Positions 9,799-19,493 of a stretch of DNA of 64,000 nt are shown one piece after another. Each line of letters begins with the position of its first letter. The first letter of the stretch is position 1. The stretch covers positions 424,481 through 488,480 of the forward strand of contig CAZBSI010000001.1 in the NCBI GenBank assembly GCA_964494345.1. Reading direction: 5' to 3'. The notes beneath the pieces are model-generated. The model saw only the letters and a list, made by a program, of their open reading frames with translations. It had not been told where the DNA came from and made no database searches. The translations under genes and the position numbers were made by a program. This stretch comes from an uncultured bacterium. GTDB lineage: Bacteria > Armatimonadota > UBA5829.

Positions 9799-10554
9799 TT
9801 ACTCGTTGACGACTTCCACCTCGACGTGATCTGCCTCACTTTTTCTCAGCGAAAGATTATATCCTCTGATTTTTATCTCGATTGGGTCTCCAAACGGAGC
9901 CGTGCGTACGACTTCAAAGCGTGTGTCGGAGGTCATCCCCATCTCGATAAGCCGCCTGCGAATCGGCCCACGGCCGGATACGAAAGCGATGCGGCCTTTC
10001 ATACCGGGACAGAGTTCGCTGAGGCGGGTGGATTTAATAGTAGCCGGCAAATAGCACACGTCAACCGGCACGTGGCCATCAGGATCCGTCCCTTCGGCAA
10101 GGAAACTGTGGAAATCGCTAAGGCTAAATGCCTTTTCGTCACCGTGAGCCTGGATAAAATCGACGAGTTTGAGCAATCTATCAAGCGTCTCCGGCCGAAT
10201 AGCGTGCTCAAGGCCGCAAGCCTCAATTTCGGCCTGTTCTTCGGCTAGCCCCAGCACGCTGGTCAGAAACTCCCGAACAGCGGTATGCCTGTGCGCAACC
10301 CCCCTGGCGTGGTCCAACCCATCCTGAGTAAGCTCTACACTGCCGTAGGGCTGATATTTTACAAGGCCTTTTTCGGCCAGAGAGCGCAGCGCGCCTGATA
10401 CGGACGGCATTCGCACGTTCATCTCGCGCGCAATATCCTTTACCCGGGCAATCTGATTGCGCACCTTAACGTTATATATAGCTTCCAGGTAGTCTTCCAT
10501 TGAATGCGAAAGACTCGCGCCCTGCATATCAGCAGAGCCACCTCTGTGCATCAT
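9799..10554 (-). CDS. DtxR/MntR-family metal-dependent regulator fused to a C-terminal FeoA (SH3-like) domain
   Basis: N-terminus SMEDYLEAIYNV...IARVKDIAREMNVRMPSVSGALRSLAEKGLV (DtxR helix-turn-helix). C-terminus GMKGRIAFVSG...RRLIEMGMTSDTRFEVVRTAPFGDPIEIKIRGYNLSLRKSEA (FeoA). GAGGTG lies 4 nt before the ATG. Confidence 0.85.
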   Translation of the reverse strand: MMHRGGSADMQGASLSHSMEDYLEAIYNVKVRNQIARVKDIAREMNVRMPSVSGALRSLAEKGLVKYQPYGSVELTQDGLDHARGVAHRHTAVREFLTSVLGLAEEQAEIEACGLEHAIRPETLDRLLKLVDFIQAHGDEKAFSLSDFHSFLAEGTDPDGHVPVDVCYLPATIKSTRLSELCPGMKGRIAFVSGRGPIRRRLIEMGMTSDTRFEVVRTAPFGDPIEIKIRGYNLSLRKSEADHVEVEVVNE

Positions 10555-10565
10555 AGCGCACCTCT

Positions 10566-10583
10566 AAGTTAGCTTCACCTAAC
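10566..10583 (-). promoter_or_regulatory. Candidate DtxR-family operator (inverted repeat AGTTAG-N6-CTAACT)
   Basis: Perfect 6-N6-6 palindrome containing TTAG/CTAA half-sites like iron-box operators. It overlaps the predicted -10 and the transcript start of the dtxR-feoA/feoB operon. Confidence 0.4.
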
Positions 10584-10610
10584 TATAACATCTCCACCGA
10601 CTTCGAGTCA
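10581..10610 (-). promoter_or_regulatory. Sigma70-like promoter of the dtxR-feoA/feoB operon
   Basis: On the minus strand: TTGACT (10610-10605), 18-nt spacer, TATAGT (10586-10581). Confidence 0.4.
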
Positions 10611-10770
10611 ACCTGCCGATCTACTCAATATATAATCTGCACTAACCGAACATATGCTTGACTGATGGGTAATATTGAGTTATAACACGGTTGATAGAGA
10701 GAGATTGTTGAATTGCTGCCGGCCGGAGTTTCGGCTGTCCTGGTTGGGAATCGGGTAGAGGAGGTCGGTT

Positions 10771-11772
10771 ATGATTAAGTGCGGAAAATGCGGATGTGAG
10801 AACCCCGAAGATAGAGCCGTATGTGCGAAATGCTATAGCGAGTTGGGCGTGCCGCAGAGTCTCTCGTCTCGTTCAAAAGCATCCTCACGAAAGCTGCCGC
10901 CCTTAGCTGTCATTGCCGCAGTATTTGCTGCAATTGCTATTTTTGCGTTGATAACTGGCTCAATTGGCAACAACGTTCAGCGTCAGACCCCGACGAACTC
11001 GCAGGTGAGAGCTTATAGCAGCAGTCTTAACGTCGATCATCTGCAACAGATAGCATCAAATCGCCCTGGCGAATCCACAGAATCTGTCCAACAGACTCCT
11101 CCTCCGCCGGCCCAGGTTCAACCTCAGGAAGCAGCGCCGTCTCTTCGCCCGTCCGATGCGTCGTCTGTGCCTGTTCAGCCTTCCGCGCCCACCGCCCGCC
11201 CTGCGTCAGTTACGCCTAATGCGAGCAGCCGAGAATTTGAAGAACAACAGCGTAAAATGGAGCAGATGCAGCGTCAACAAGAGGATTTGTACCGCCGGCA
11301 ACAGGAGCAGTTGCAGGCAAATCAACGCGAGTTGGATAGAATACAGCGACAGCAGGAAGAGCAAATGCGCCAGTACCAGCGCGCTCAAGAAGCACAAGCA
11401 CGCGAAAATCAGCGCAAACAGGAAGAGTTGAATCGCCAACTTGAGGAAAGTCGCCGCAAACAGGAAGAGCAGGCGCGAGAAAATCAGCGTAAGCAGGATG
11501 AATATAACAGGCAAATGGAAGCGGATCGTCGCAGACAACAGGAGCAGGCGGAGAGGGATCGCAGGAGAAATGAAGCGATCGCCCGCGCACAGGATAAAGT
11601 CGCAAACGCTCAGAAAAAACTAGCCGAAGCAAACGCAACGCTAAACAGAGATCTCTCCAGCAGCAGCGGCGCCACTTGGGTGGAATCAGACAGAAGAAGA
11701 GTCGATTCGGCCCAACGCGACCTCTCCAACGCCCAACGTGAGCTTGCGGATGTTATGCGGAGGGGATGGTAG
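10771..11772 (+). CDS. Membrane-anchored protein with N-terminal zinc ribbon and a Q/R/E-rich coiled-coil
   Basis: CGKCGCEN...CAKC zinc ribbon, a TM (LPPLAVIAAVFAAIAIFALI), a Pro-rich linker, then a highly charged QRQQEE-type helix. GGAGG lies upstream of the ATG. Confidence 0.6.
   Translation: MIKCGKCGCENPEDRAVCAKCYSELGVPQSLSSRSKASSRKLPPLAVIAAVFAAIAIFALITGSIGNNVQRQTPTNSQVRAYSSSLNVDHLQQIASNRPGESTESVQQTPPPPAQVQPQEAAPSLRPSDASSVPVQPSAPTARPASVTPNASSREFEEQQRKMEQMQRQQEDLYRRQQEQLQANQRELDRIQRQQEEQMRQYQRAQEAQARENQRKQEELNRQLEESRRKQEEQARENQRKQDEYNRQMEADRRRQQEQAERDRRRNEAIARAQDKVANAQKKLAEANATLNRDLSSSSGATWVESDRRRVDSAQRDLSNAQRELADVMRRGW
11398..11547 (+). repeat. Two tandem 75-nt (25-aa) intragenic repeats
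   Basis: ARENQRKQEELNRQLEESRRKQEEQ is followed directly by ARENQRKQDEYNRQMEADRRRQQEQ. Confidence 0.6.
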
Positions 11773-11782
11773 GGCTTGAATG

Positions 11783-11820
11783 AAAAAACTCAGCAAGCCA
11801 CAATTTCAGGCTACGCTGAG
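11783..11820 (-). terminator. Terminator downstream of tRNA-fMet (also faces the convergent + gene)
   Basis: On the minus strand: CTCAGC..AGCC-loop-GGCT.GCTGAG followed by TTTTTT. Confidence 0.55.
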
Positions 11821-11831
11821 TTAATAGAAAA

Positions 11832-11909
<78 letters not shown>

Positions 11910-12003
11910 TCAACGTTAGATAGTATACCACTCCGCGCCCGGTCTGTAAAGCGTTCGGGCGCAATTAATGCAAAATCTCTAAATATGCCTGATCGCCAGC
12001 AGA

Positions 12004-13224
12004 TTATGCAAGGGTTATTCGTCCAAACTTCAGCTTGCCGACGCGCAATACCTGGCCGTCGACTGGTTTTATCGAGCCCATAACATCGGAGAGCTTCTCC
12101 CCATCAATGGATACCGCGCCGGACTGAATCAGCCGCCGAGCCTCGCTGCTGGATGTCGCCAACTGCCCGAGCGTGATTAACTTCACAAGCCTTATGGAGC
12201 CGTCCTCCAAATCATTTGACGTTAATTCGATCGCGGGCATATCCTGTGGGACCTCACGAGAGCTGAATACTCTTTCAAACTCAGTCTGAGCTTCAACGGC
12301 AGCTTGGGCTGAGTGGTAAATCGTTACGATTTCTCTCGCCAGGCGCTTTTTGGCGTCCATCGGATGCACACTTCCGGACTCAATGCCCTTGATAATCGAA
12401 TCAATTTCGTCTAACGCGACATCGGTGCAAAGTGTGAAGTACTCAGCCATCACGTTATCCGGAATGGACATAATCTTGCCGAACATGTCCGACGGCTCGT
12501 CGGTCACAGCCACATAATTGCCCAGCGATTTGCTCATCTTCTGCACGCCATCAAGACCCGGCAGAATCGGCAAAAACAACCCAACCTGAGCCTCCATCCC
12601 GTTGGCTTCCTGCAAATCACGGCCCATCAGGATGTTAAATCTCTGGTCGCTGCCTCCGACTTCCACGTCAGCTTCCACTTGCACCGAATCAAGCGCCTGC
12701 GCGATTGGATATAAAAGCTCATGCAACCCCACCGGACGGCCTTCAGCCAGCCTGTTCTGGAAGTCGTCGCGCTCAAGGATGCGTGCCACCGTAACGCGAG
12801 AAGTCTCTCGAACCACGTCCCCAAAACTCATCTTGCCGAGCCAGTCGCCGTTGAACGTGAGTGTTGTCTTGGATTTGTCGAGTATCAACCAAAACTGAGT
12901 GGCGAAAGTCTCTGCGTTGGCCTTGATCTGTTCTGCCGAAAGCATTGGGCGAGTCTCGGATTTGCCGGATGGGTCACCAATCGACGCGGTGAAATCGCCC
13001 ACAATCAGGACAACATGATGGCCCAGGTCTTGAAATTGACGCATTTTACGCAGTACCACGGCGAATCCAATATGAATATCAGAGGCAGTCGGGTCTATGC
13101 CGAGCTTAATTCGCAGCGGTTTGCCTGTCTTTTGCGATTTCTTTAACTTTTCAATAAGCGCTTCCTCTGGAACGATATCCAAAGTACCGCGTTTGATAAT
13201 CTCAAATTGTTCTTCTACTGTCAC
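12004..13224 (-). CDS. tyrS: Tyrosine--tRNA ligase
   Basis: HIGF (HIGH-type) motif, KMSKS motif and a C-terminal S4-like domain. GTG 13224 is preceded by AGGAG; the longer ORF-track start at 13284 lacks an SD. Confidence 0.93.
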   Translation of the reverse strand: MTVEEQFEIIKRGTLDIVPEEALIEKLKKSQKTGKPLRIKLGIDPTASDIHIGFAVVLRKMRQFQDLGHHVVLIVGDFTASIGDPSGKSETRPMLSAEQIKANAETFATQFWLILDKSKTTLTFNGDWLGKMSFGDVVRETSRVTVARILERDDFQNRLAEGRPVGLHELLYPIAQALDSVQVEADVEVGGSDQRFNILMGRDLQEANGMEAQVGLFLPILPGLDGVQKMSKSLGNYVAVTDEPSDMFGKIMSIPDNVMAEYFTLCTDVALDEIDSIIKGIESGSVHPMDAKKRLAREIVTIYHSAQAAVEAQTEFERVFSSREVPQDMPAIELTSNDLEDGSIRLVKLITLGQLATSSSEARRLIQSGAVSIDGEKLSDVMGSIKPVDGQVLRVGKLKFGRITLA

Positions 13225-13300
13225 GGAAAGCTCCTGATGTGTGTTGGCCCCAAAAATGCAGCGGGCACGTTCATATCGTAACACGGTGTAAGGCGGCTGG

Positions 13301-14533
13301 TCAACGTTCTTGAGATTCCGAATCGGGTGGGGGAGCGACCTTCGCCTGACTCAGGCACGATCGGTTTGTGAGCGTGGTGCCGGGAAAGTAGTGCGCTAAA
13401 ATCTGTGCGCAGGTGTAGTTGAACGGTGGCTTTGCAAGTTCACCTGCTCCCACCTGACACATACCAATCCCGTGCCCAAAGCCTTTGCCTTTTAATGTGA
13501 CCTTACCGCCTGAGCACGATTCTATGGTAAACAAGGTGCTGGGAATCACACTGCCGCCGATTGCCCAGCGGAATGAGTTCCCTCCAACAGTGGTTTGCCC
13601 CTTATCCCCGCACACTGTTAATAATAAAGCTCGTCCCGAAGAGGTTGTCTTATATATCGAAATGCTTTGCAAACCCTCAGCTTCTTTAACCCCTGCTGCC
13701 ATCAGTTTTTTGGATATCTCATCAAGGGTGAAGATCTTTTCCCAGGTTCTATGGGCTACACCCTCGGGTTCAATCACGCTGATTAAATAAGGGATAGCCG
13801 ATTTGCTGTCCTGGCTGTAACACTCCGTGACGCCACCGCAATCAGACGCGTACATTATGGAAGCCACCTGGCCTTGGTAGGTCAGTATCTGGCCGGCAGT
13901 GGCAGCGACCGCACGGATATAAGCCGGGGTTTCGCGTTGTGCGCCATCATATACGTGGCAGTGAACGTTGTCACACAGATCGTAACCATCTGCCGCATGC
14001 CTGTTCCGCCCTCGAATAGTATAAGTCCTGGCGGCGATCGCCTGCGCTTTTAGGGCCTCAGCAGGAAAAAACGCGGGCATCTCGCCGGCCAGCACGCCGA
14101 TTAGATAGTCCTCAAGCGTGATAATACTGACTAGTTGCAAAGCACCATTCTTGGCGGAGATCTCCAAGGAGCCGCGATATTGCTTGCTCGACCTGCCCGG
14201 TGCGTCGACGGTGATAAAACCGCCTTTGTCCTTTGGGGTTACTGTAACGGATCCGTCTACCGAGATTTTTTGGCCGTTGATTAGTTTTACCAGCACTTGG
14301 CCGGAGTTGAAATCAAAAGCCGCAGGTTCGAGATTAGTGCAGGCGCCGACTACATCAGATGTGCCGGTTCGTGTAATGGTATAGTCGGATGACGCCAGCG
14401 CTGTCGCTTGTTTAATGCCTTTGAAGTATCGAACAAGGCCGATGCGAAGGGACTCATCAGCGGACAGCGATTGAGGCAACGCCGGGCAGGCGAGAGCCAC
14501 CAAAAGCGCCATATACCAACCGCATTTATACAT
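13301..14533 (-). CDS. SpoIID/LytB-domain protein (cell-wall amidase enhancer type)
   Basis: Signal peptide; EDYLIGVLAGEMP...EALKAQAIAARTY, CDNVHCHVY, YASDCGGVTE. Confidence 0.85.
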   Translation of the reverse strand: MYKCGWYMALLVALACPALPQSLSADESLRIGLVRYFKGIKQATALASSDYTITRTGTSDVVGACTNLEPAAFDFNSGQVLVKLINGQKISVDGSVTVTPKDKGGFITVDAPGRSSKQYRGSLEISAKNGALQLVSIITLEDYLIGVLAGEMPAFFPAEALKAQAIAARTYTIRGRNRHAADGYDLCDNVHCHVYDGAQRETPAYIRAVAATAGQILTYQGQVASIMYASDCGGVTECYSQDSKSAIPYLISVIEPEGVAHRTWEKIFTLDEISKKLMAAGVKEAEGLQSISIYKTTSSGRALLLTVCGDKGQTTVGGNSFRWAIGGSVIPSTLFTIESCSGGKVTLKGKGFGHGIGMCQVGAGELAKPPFNYTCAQILAHYFPGTTLTNRSCLSQAKVAPPPDSESQER

Positions 14534-14612
14534 AGTCCACCTTCACCCCGGGTATAATCCGCGCCAATCCAAAATGTTTCTCAGATTATCACGCGAAATT
14601 ACGCCTGTCAAG

Positions 14613-14642
14613 TTGACCGGACGTGTGTGAGAATGTTATAAT
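14613..14642 (+). promoter_or_regulatory. Sigma70-like promoter for tRNA-Lys
   Basis: TTGACC, 18-nt spacer with TG at -15/-14, TATAAT. It ends 11 nt before the tRNA 5' end. Confidence 0.45.
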
Positions 14643-14653
14643 CTTTTGGTCGT

Positions 14654-14729
14654 GGGTCGGTAGCTCAGTTGGTAGAGCAGTGCCCTTTTAAGGCATTGGT
14701 CACGGGTTCGAGTCCCGTCCGACCTACCA
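14654..14729 (+). tRNA. tRNA-Lys (anticodon TTT)
   Basis: GGGTCGGTAGCTCAGTTGGTAGAGCAGTGCCCTTTTAAGGCATTGGTCACGGGTTCGAGTCCCGTCCGACCTACCA folds as a cloverleaf with loop CTTTTAA. CCA is encoded. Confidence 0.93.
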
Positions 14730-14741
14730 TGACCAAATCCC

Positions 14742-15671
14742 CTACAACAAACTCGTGCTGAAATACCTCTCCGCCCTGTCCGGAAGTACTGTCACTACTC
14801 GACTATCCGCGCCCAGCCGCTTCGCAAGCTGCATAGCAGACCAGACGTTTGCCCCTGACGAGGTTCCAACTAACGCGCCCTGCACACTGGCGATCTTCCG
14901 GGTCATATCTATCGCATCGTCGTCGGATACTGTGATTATTTCGTCAATCAGGTCCACGTCAAGAACAGGTGGAATGAACCCATCCCCTATGCCCTGAATC
15001 ACGTGGAATCCCGGTTCATGGCCGAGCAGCGCTGCGGAGTTCTTCGGTTCAACCGCAACAATCAGCGTGTCAGGCCTTTTTTCTTTTAATAATCGCGCTA
15101 CACCGGTCAACGTTCCGCCGCTGCCCACTCCCGCTACAAACGCGTCGACATTGCCATCCATCTGCTCCCAAATCTCCGCTGCCGTGGTTAGGTAGTGAAC
15201 CTCTGGGTTAAGCGGGTTTCTGAATTGGCCGAACAGGAAGGAGTCATCGATTTGTTTATGAATCTCCTCGGCTCTATTTACCGCGCCCGTGATGCTCTCC
15301 TCAGCAGGGGTTTCTATGAGCTCCGCACCGAGCACCCTGATCAGCCTCTTGCGTTCCTCGCTCATATCAGATGGCATGCATATCACACATCCATAGCCCT
15401 TTAACCGAGCGACAAAAGCAATGGCTATACCGGTGTTGCCGCTGGTCGCCTCTACTATCGTGGCGCCGGGTTTGAGCTTGCCGGATTGTTCGGCCTGTTC
15501 AACAATATACTTCGCGACCCTGTCCTTAACGCTGCCGGCCGGGTTCAAAAACTCCGCCTTGCCAAACACACACCCGCCGGATAGCTCGCAGAGCCGTAGC
15601 ATCGGCGTATTGCCGACGAGATCAATGATATTATCAATGCACAAAAGATTATTATTGTTTGACAAACTCAC
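14742..15671 (-). CDS. cysK: Cysteine synthase (O-acetylserine sulfhydrylase, PLP-dependent)
   Basis: NPAGSVKDR lysine motif, TSGNTGIA, GVGSGGTLTG. Confidence 0.88.
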   Translation of the reverse strand: MSLSNNNNLLCIDNIIDLVGNTPMLRLCELSGGCVFGKAEFLNPAGSVKDRVAKYIVEQAEQSGKLKPGATIVEATSGNTGIAIAFVARLKGYGCVICMPSDMSEERKRLIRVLGAELIETPAEESITGAVNRAEEIHKQIDDSFLFGQFRNPLNPEVHYLTTAAEIWEQMDGNVDAFVAGVGSGGTLTGVARLLKEKRPDTLIVAVEPKNSAALLGHEPGFHVIQGIGDGFIPPVLDVDLIDEIITVSDDDAIDMTRKIASVQGALVGTSSGANVWSAMQLAKRLGADSRVVTVLPDRAERYFSTSLL

Positions 15672-15710
15672 CCTCCCATAGGTGGAGCATCTCTCCAGTA
15701 TATAAATAGA

Positions 15711-17000
15711 TCACATTGTCGAGGCGATATAAGGCTCAAACCTTGCGGCGATGTCTGGAGGCACTTCTGCCTGCAAATGTACGCCTTCCGTTAAATATTC
15801 AGTGCTGAGAATGCGGCCGTGCTCGTGACACAACGCAACAAGATCCCCTCGATTATACGGCAAAACCACATCCACCCGCTGCATCAATCGAGATATGGCT
15901 CTGTGAATCAACGTTTCCAGATACTGCCGACCTTCGCCGGTACGCGCAGACATATAACACGAATCCGGTGTCTCGGCGACCAGCCTGCGAAGCTCATATT
16001 GATCCTTAATGACGTCGCTTTTGTTGAACACCGTGATCATATGCTTCCCCTGAACCCCAAGGTCACTAAGCACACTCGCCACCGCCGCCCGCTGTTCGTC
16101 AGCAAAATGATGACCAGCATCGACGACGTGTATTAAAAAATCCGAATCGATTACCTCTTCCAGAGTCGCTCTGAACGCCGCCACCAGATGGTGAGGCAGA
16201 TTACGGATAAATCCTACTGTGTCGGAAACAAGCACTGATACTCCATCAGCCAGCTCGACCCGCCGCGTAGTCGGGTCCAGTGTAGCAAATAATCTCGCAT
16301 CCGCCTCAACATCCGCACCAGACAGCAAATTCAGAAGCGTCGATTTGCCCGCGCTAGTATATCCTACCAGAGCCGCGCCGGGAATGTGAAGCTGCCGGCG
16401 CGCCTTGTTTTGAACCGCCCTGTGCTTCACCACTTTTTCAAGCTCGCCTTTAAGAAGCGCAATGCGATCACGAACCCGGCGCCTATCGGTCTCAAGTTTG
16501 GTCTCGCCAGGGCCTCTGGTAGCTACCCCGCCGCCAGCGCCACCTCCCACTCGCGACATCGCTATACCTTTGCCGGATAATCTCGGCAGCAGATATTGCA
16601 GTTGGGCCAGTTCGACCTGCAGCTTGCCCTCACTGGTTCTAGCACGCTGAGCGAAAATGTCCAGAATAAGCTGAGTACGGTCGACAATGCGCACGCTGAT
16701 TGCTGTCTCGAGATTGCGCTGCTGAGCAGGAGACAGGTCCGCACCGACAATGGCCACGTTTGCGCCGCTTTCCTGCACCCGCATCAGCGCTTCTTCTGCG
16801 TTGCCGGAACCAATGTAGAACCGAGCATCGGGATACAGCCTGCGCACGTGCATCTCATCGACAACCGCGACATTGGCGGTCTCCGCCAGCAGCCTCAACT
16901 CCTCGGTGTTGGCGTCGGATTCACGCTGATCACGAGTGTCGACCACTATCAGCAGGCCGTTATCCCCAGCATCCGTAATATGTGTCGTAGTTTGATTCAT
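15711..17000 (-). CDS. hflX: GTPase HflX
   Basis: HflX N-domain (QLILDIFAQRARTSEGKLQVELAQLQY), G-domain GYTSAGKST, DTVGF, NKSD. Confidence 0.92.
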   Translation of the reverse strand: MNQTTTHITDAGDNGLLIVVDTRDQRESDANTEELRLLAETANVAVVDEMHVRRLYPDARFYIGSGNAEEALMRVQESGANVAIVGADLSPAQQRNLETAISVRIVDRTQLILDIFAQRARTSEGKLQVELAQLQYLLPRLSGKGIAMSRVGGGAGGGVATRGPGETKLETDRRRVRDRIALLKGELEKVVKHRAVQNKARRQLHIPGAALVGYTSAGKSTLLNLLSGADVEADARLFATLDPTTRRVELADGVSVLVSDTVGFIRNLPHHLVAAFRATLEEVIDSDFLIHVVDAGHHFADEQRAAVASVLSDLGVQGKHMITVFNKSDVIKDQYELRRLVAETPDSCYMSARTGEGRQYLETLIHRAISRLMQRVDVVLPYNRGDLVALCHEHGRILSTEYLTEGVHLQAEVPPDIAARFEPYIASTM

Positions 17001-17036
17001 GCATTGCCAGCAATCAGCGCCATACAGCCGATTGAC

Positions 17037-18233
17037 TCAGGCCTGGCTCCAGTTTATATTCAATTTTGCCAGTCTCTTCACGGCCTCGACAACCCGATCG
17101 CCATCAACGTCACCGGCCACTGTCAACGACATCCTGACATATCCCTCGCCATACTCGCCGTAACCGTTGCCCGGTATCACCAGAACCCCTGCCTCGGTTA
17201 AAAGGATCTTGGCAAAATCGGAGGATGAGTAACCTTCCGGCACCCTGGCCCACACATACAAAGACGCAGACGGCTTAGAGACCTTCCAGCCGATCTCGTT
17301 CAGCCCATCCACCAATACATCACGCCGTTTCTTGTATAGCGACAGTGTCTCCTCGTTAGTTACATTCAAAAGCGCATATCCCGCAGCAAGGTCGATAGCG
17401 GGGAATTGCCGTGAATCTAGATTAGACTTCAGCTTATTAAGCGCAGCTACAACGTCACGATTGCCCACCGCAAACCCGATCCTCCAACCTGTCATATTAA
17501 ACGACTTGGACAGCGAGTGCATCTCGATAACCACGTCCTTTGCGCCGTCCACCTGCAGCATACTCGGCGCGATATATCCATCAAAAGTAACGTCGCAATA
17601 TGCGATATCACTGACAACTGCGATGTCGTATTCCCGTGCGAACTTTACCACGTCCTGATAGAACTCAAGATTCGCAACCCCACCCGTAGGGTTATTGGGA
17701 TAATTCAAAAACATCAGCTTGGCAGCTTTGGCTGCATCAGTCGGAATCTGGCTCAGATCGGGTAGAAAACCGTTCTCCTCCAGCAGCGGCATAGCGACAG
17801 TATCGCCACCCGCCATCAGCGTGTTGACTTTGTACACCGTATAGCCCGGATCCGGCACCAGGCTGATATCGCCAGGGTCGATCATAGCCCAACATACATG
17901 CGACAGCCCGTCCTTCGAACCCAGCAGCAGCATCGCCTCCGAGTCGACGTCAAGTTCTACTCCGAAGCGTCTTTTATACCATTTGACCACAGCGTCAAGA
18001 TACTCCGGCCAACCTGCCTCACTCTCGTCGTAGCGGTGGGTTTCCGGGTCATTTGCCACCTCACACAGCTTATCGACAATAGGCTGAGGGGTGGGCTGAT
18101 CGGGGTCGCCGATACTCAGATTAATGAGGTCCACGCCATCGGCAACGGCCTTCGCTCGTAGTCGTGCAATTTCTCCAAATAAATAAGGGGGGATTTTATC
18201 CAGTCTCTGCGCTCGCTGCAAAACTTCCTCCAA
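17037..18233 (-). CDS. dapL: LL-diaminopimelate aminotransferase (class I aminotransferase, DapL type)
   Basis: IPPYLFGEI...INLSIGDPDQPTP, SLSKSFNMTGWR PLP-lysine motif. Lies next to dapF. Confidence 0.75.
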   Translation of the reverse strand: MEEVLQRAQRLDKIPPYLFGEIARLRAKAVADGVDLINLSIGDPDQPTPQPIVDKLCEVANDPETHRYDESEAGWPEYLDAVVKWYKRRFGVELDVDSEAMLLLGSKDGLSHVCWAMIDPGDISLVPDPGYTVYKVNTLMAGGDTVAMPLLEENGFLPDLSQIPTDAAKAAKLMFLNYPNNPTGGVANLEFYQDVVKFAREYDIAVVSDIAYCDVTFDGYIAPSMLQVDGAKDVVIEMHSLSKSFNMTGWRIGFAVGNRDVVAALNKLKSNLDSRQFPAIDLAAGYALLNVTNEETLSLYKKRRDVLVDGLNEIGWKVSKPSASLYVWARVPEGYSSSDFAKILLTEAGVLVIPGNGYGEYGEGYVRMSLTVAGDVDGDRVVEAVKRLAKLNINWSQA

Positions 18234-18317
18234 GTAGATAATATAGTCAGTTGATAATATCGGGCGAAGTCATCGACTCCGCCCGACCAATACGTCATTC
18301 GCTATGTCTTACGACAA

Positions 18318-19184
18318 TCAGGCGCCTTCAGTCCAGCGCTTATACACGTCAGGATTGACCTCACCCTCAAAGACTTCCTCAGCAGGGCCGATCATATAAA
18401 GATGATTATCTCCAAGCCACTCAATATGCAGGTCTCCGCCTCGCAGATGCACAGTGATCTTGCGAGAGATGAGGTCATTCAGCACCCCGGCCACCAGCGA
18501 GGCACATGCACCAGTGCCACAAGCCAGAGTCTCGCCGCATCCACGTTCCCAAACTCGCATGTTGATCTCTTTTGGGTTTAGTACTTCGACAAATTCAACG
18601 TTGGTGCGCTGCGGAAATGAAGGGTGATTCTCAATTTTAGGCCCGATCTTCTCGACAGGGTATTCCGCCACATTATTGACAAACGTTATGCAGTGCGGAT
18701 TTCCCATTGAGACCGCTGTTACGTCGATCTTATTGCCCGCCACCTTCAGCGGTTCGCCGATCACCTGCGTGTTGTCGCCTTTCATCGGCACTTCGGAACG
18801 CAGCAGCCGAGGCTCGCCCATATCCACCCGCGCCGAGTGCATTTTGCCTCCAGCAGTATCGAGCTTTATTGTTTTGATCCCATCCGGAGTTTCGACGGTC
18901 AGCACAGGATCGGTATGTATTCTGCGATCGAATGCATATTTAGCGAAGACGCGGATACCGTTTCCGCACATACCCGCCTCGCTTCCATCAGCGTTGATTA
19001 CCCGCATTCGCAGGTTAGCAACCCGGGACGGCAGCACGAGTATGAGGCCGTCTGCCCCGATTCCAAAATGGCGGTCACAAGCGTGCCTGCCGACTGACGC
19101 GAGCTGTTCTTCAGGAATGGGATATTTTGCGCCGTCTACAACTACAAAATCGTTACCGGCGCCTTGCATTTTCGTAAAGTTCAC
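18318..19184 (-). CDS. dapF: Diaminopimelate epimerase
   Basis: MNFTKMQGAGNDFVVVD and both catalytic Cys motifs (GMCGNG, ACGTGA). Confidence 0.93.
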   Translation of the reverse strand: MNFTKMQGAGNDFVVVDGAKYPIPEEQLASVGRHACDRHFGIGADGLILVLPSRVANLRMRVINADGSEAGMCGNGIRVFAKYAFDRRIHTDPVLTVETPDGIKTIKLDTAGGKMHSARVDMGEPRLLRSEVPMKGDNTQVIGEPLKVAGNKIDVTAVSMGNPHCITFVNNVAEYPVEKIGPKIENHPSFPQRTNVEFVEVLNPKEINMRVWERGCGETLACGTGACASLVAGVLNDLISRKITVHLRGGDLHIEWLGDNHLYMIGPAEEVFEGEVNPDVYKRWTEGA

Positions 19185-19190
19185 TAGTTA

Positions 19191-19487
19191 TTACCTATCC
19201 GTAGAATGTGAATCAGACTCCGGCCGCGGGCTTGGTCGATCTTCTGCGCCATCCTCACGCCCCATCTGTCCGCCGATATGGCGAGCAGGAACAACAGATG
19301 CCATCGCGTGTTTGTAAACCAACTGTGCGGGCTTTCCGGGGCTCTCCAAAATCACCGTAAACGAGTCAAAACCCCTTACGAGGCCCTTCAACTGAACGCC
19401 GCTCACCAAATATATGGTAACCTGCACATTTTCTTTCCGAACCTGGTTCAGAAACAGGTCTTGCAGGTTCATTGAGGTCTTGTTCAT
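19191..19487 (-). CDS. hfq: RNA chaperone Hfq
   Basis: [40 protein letters not shown] (Sm1/Sm2 motifs) plus an acidic C-terminal tail. Confidence 0.93.
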   Translation of the reverse strand: MNKTSMNLQDLFLNQVRKENVQVTIYLVSGVQLKGLVRGFDSFTVILESPGKPAQLVYKHAMASVVPARHIGGQMGREDGAEDRPSPRPESDSHSTDR

Positions 19488-19493
19488 TTGACA

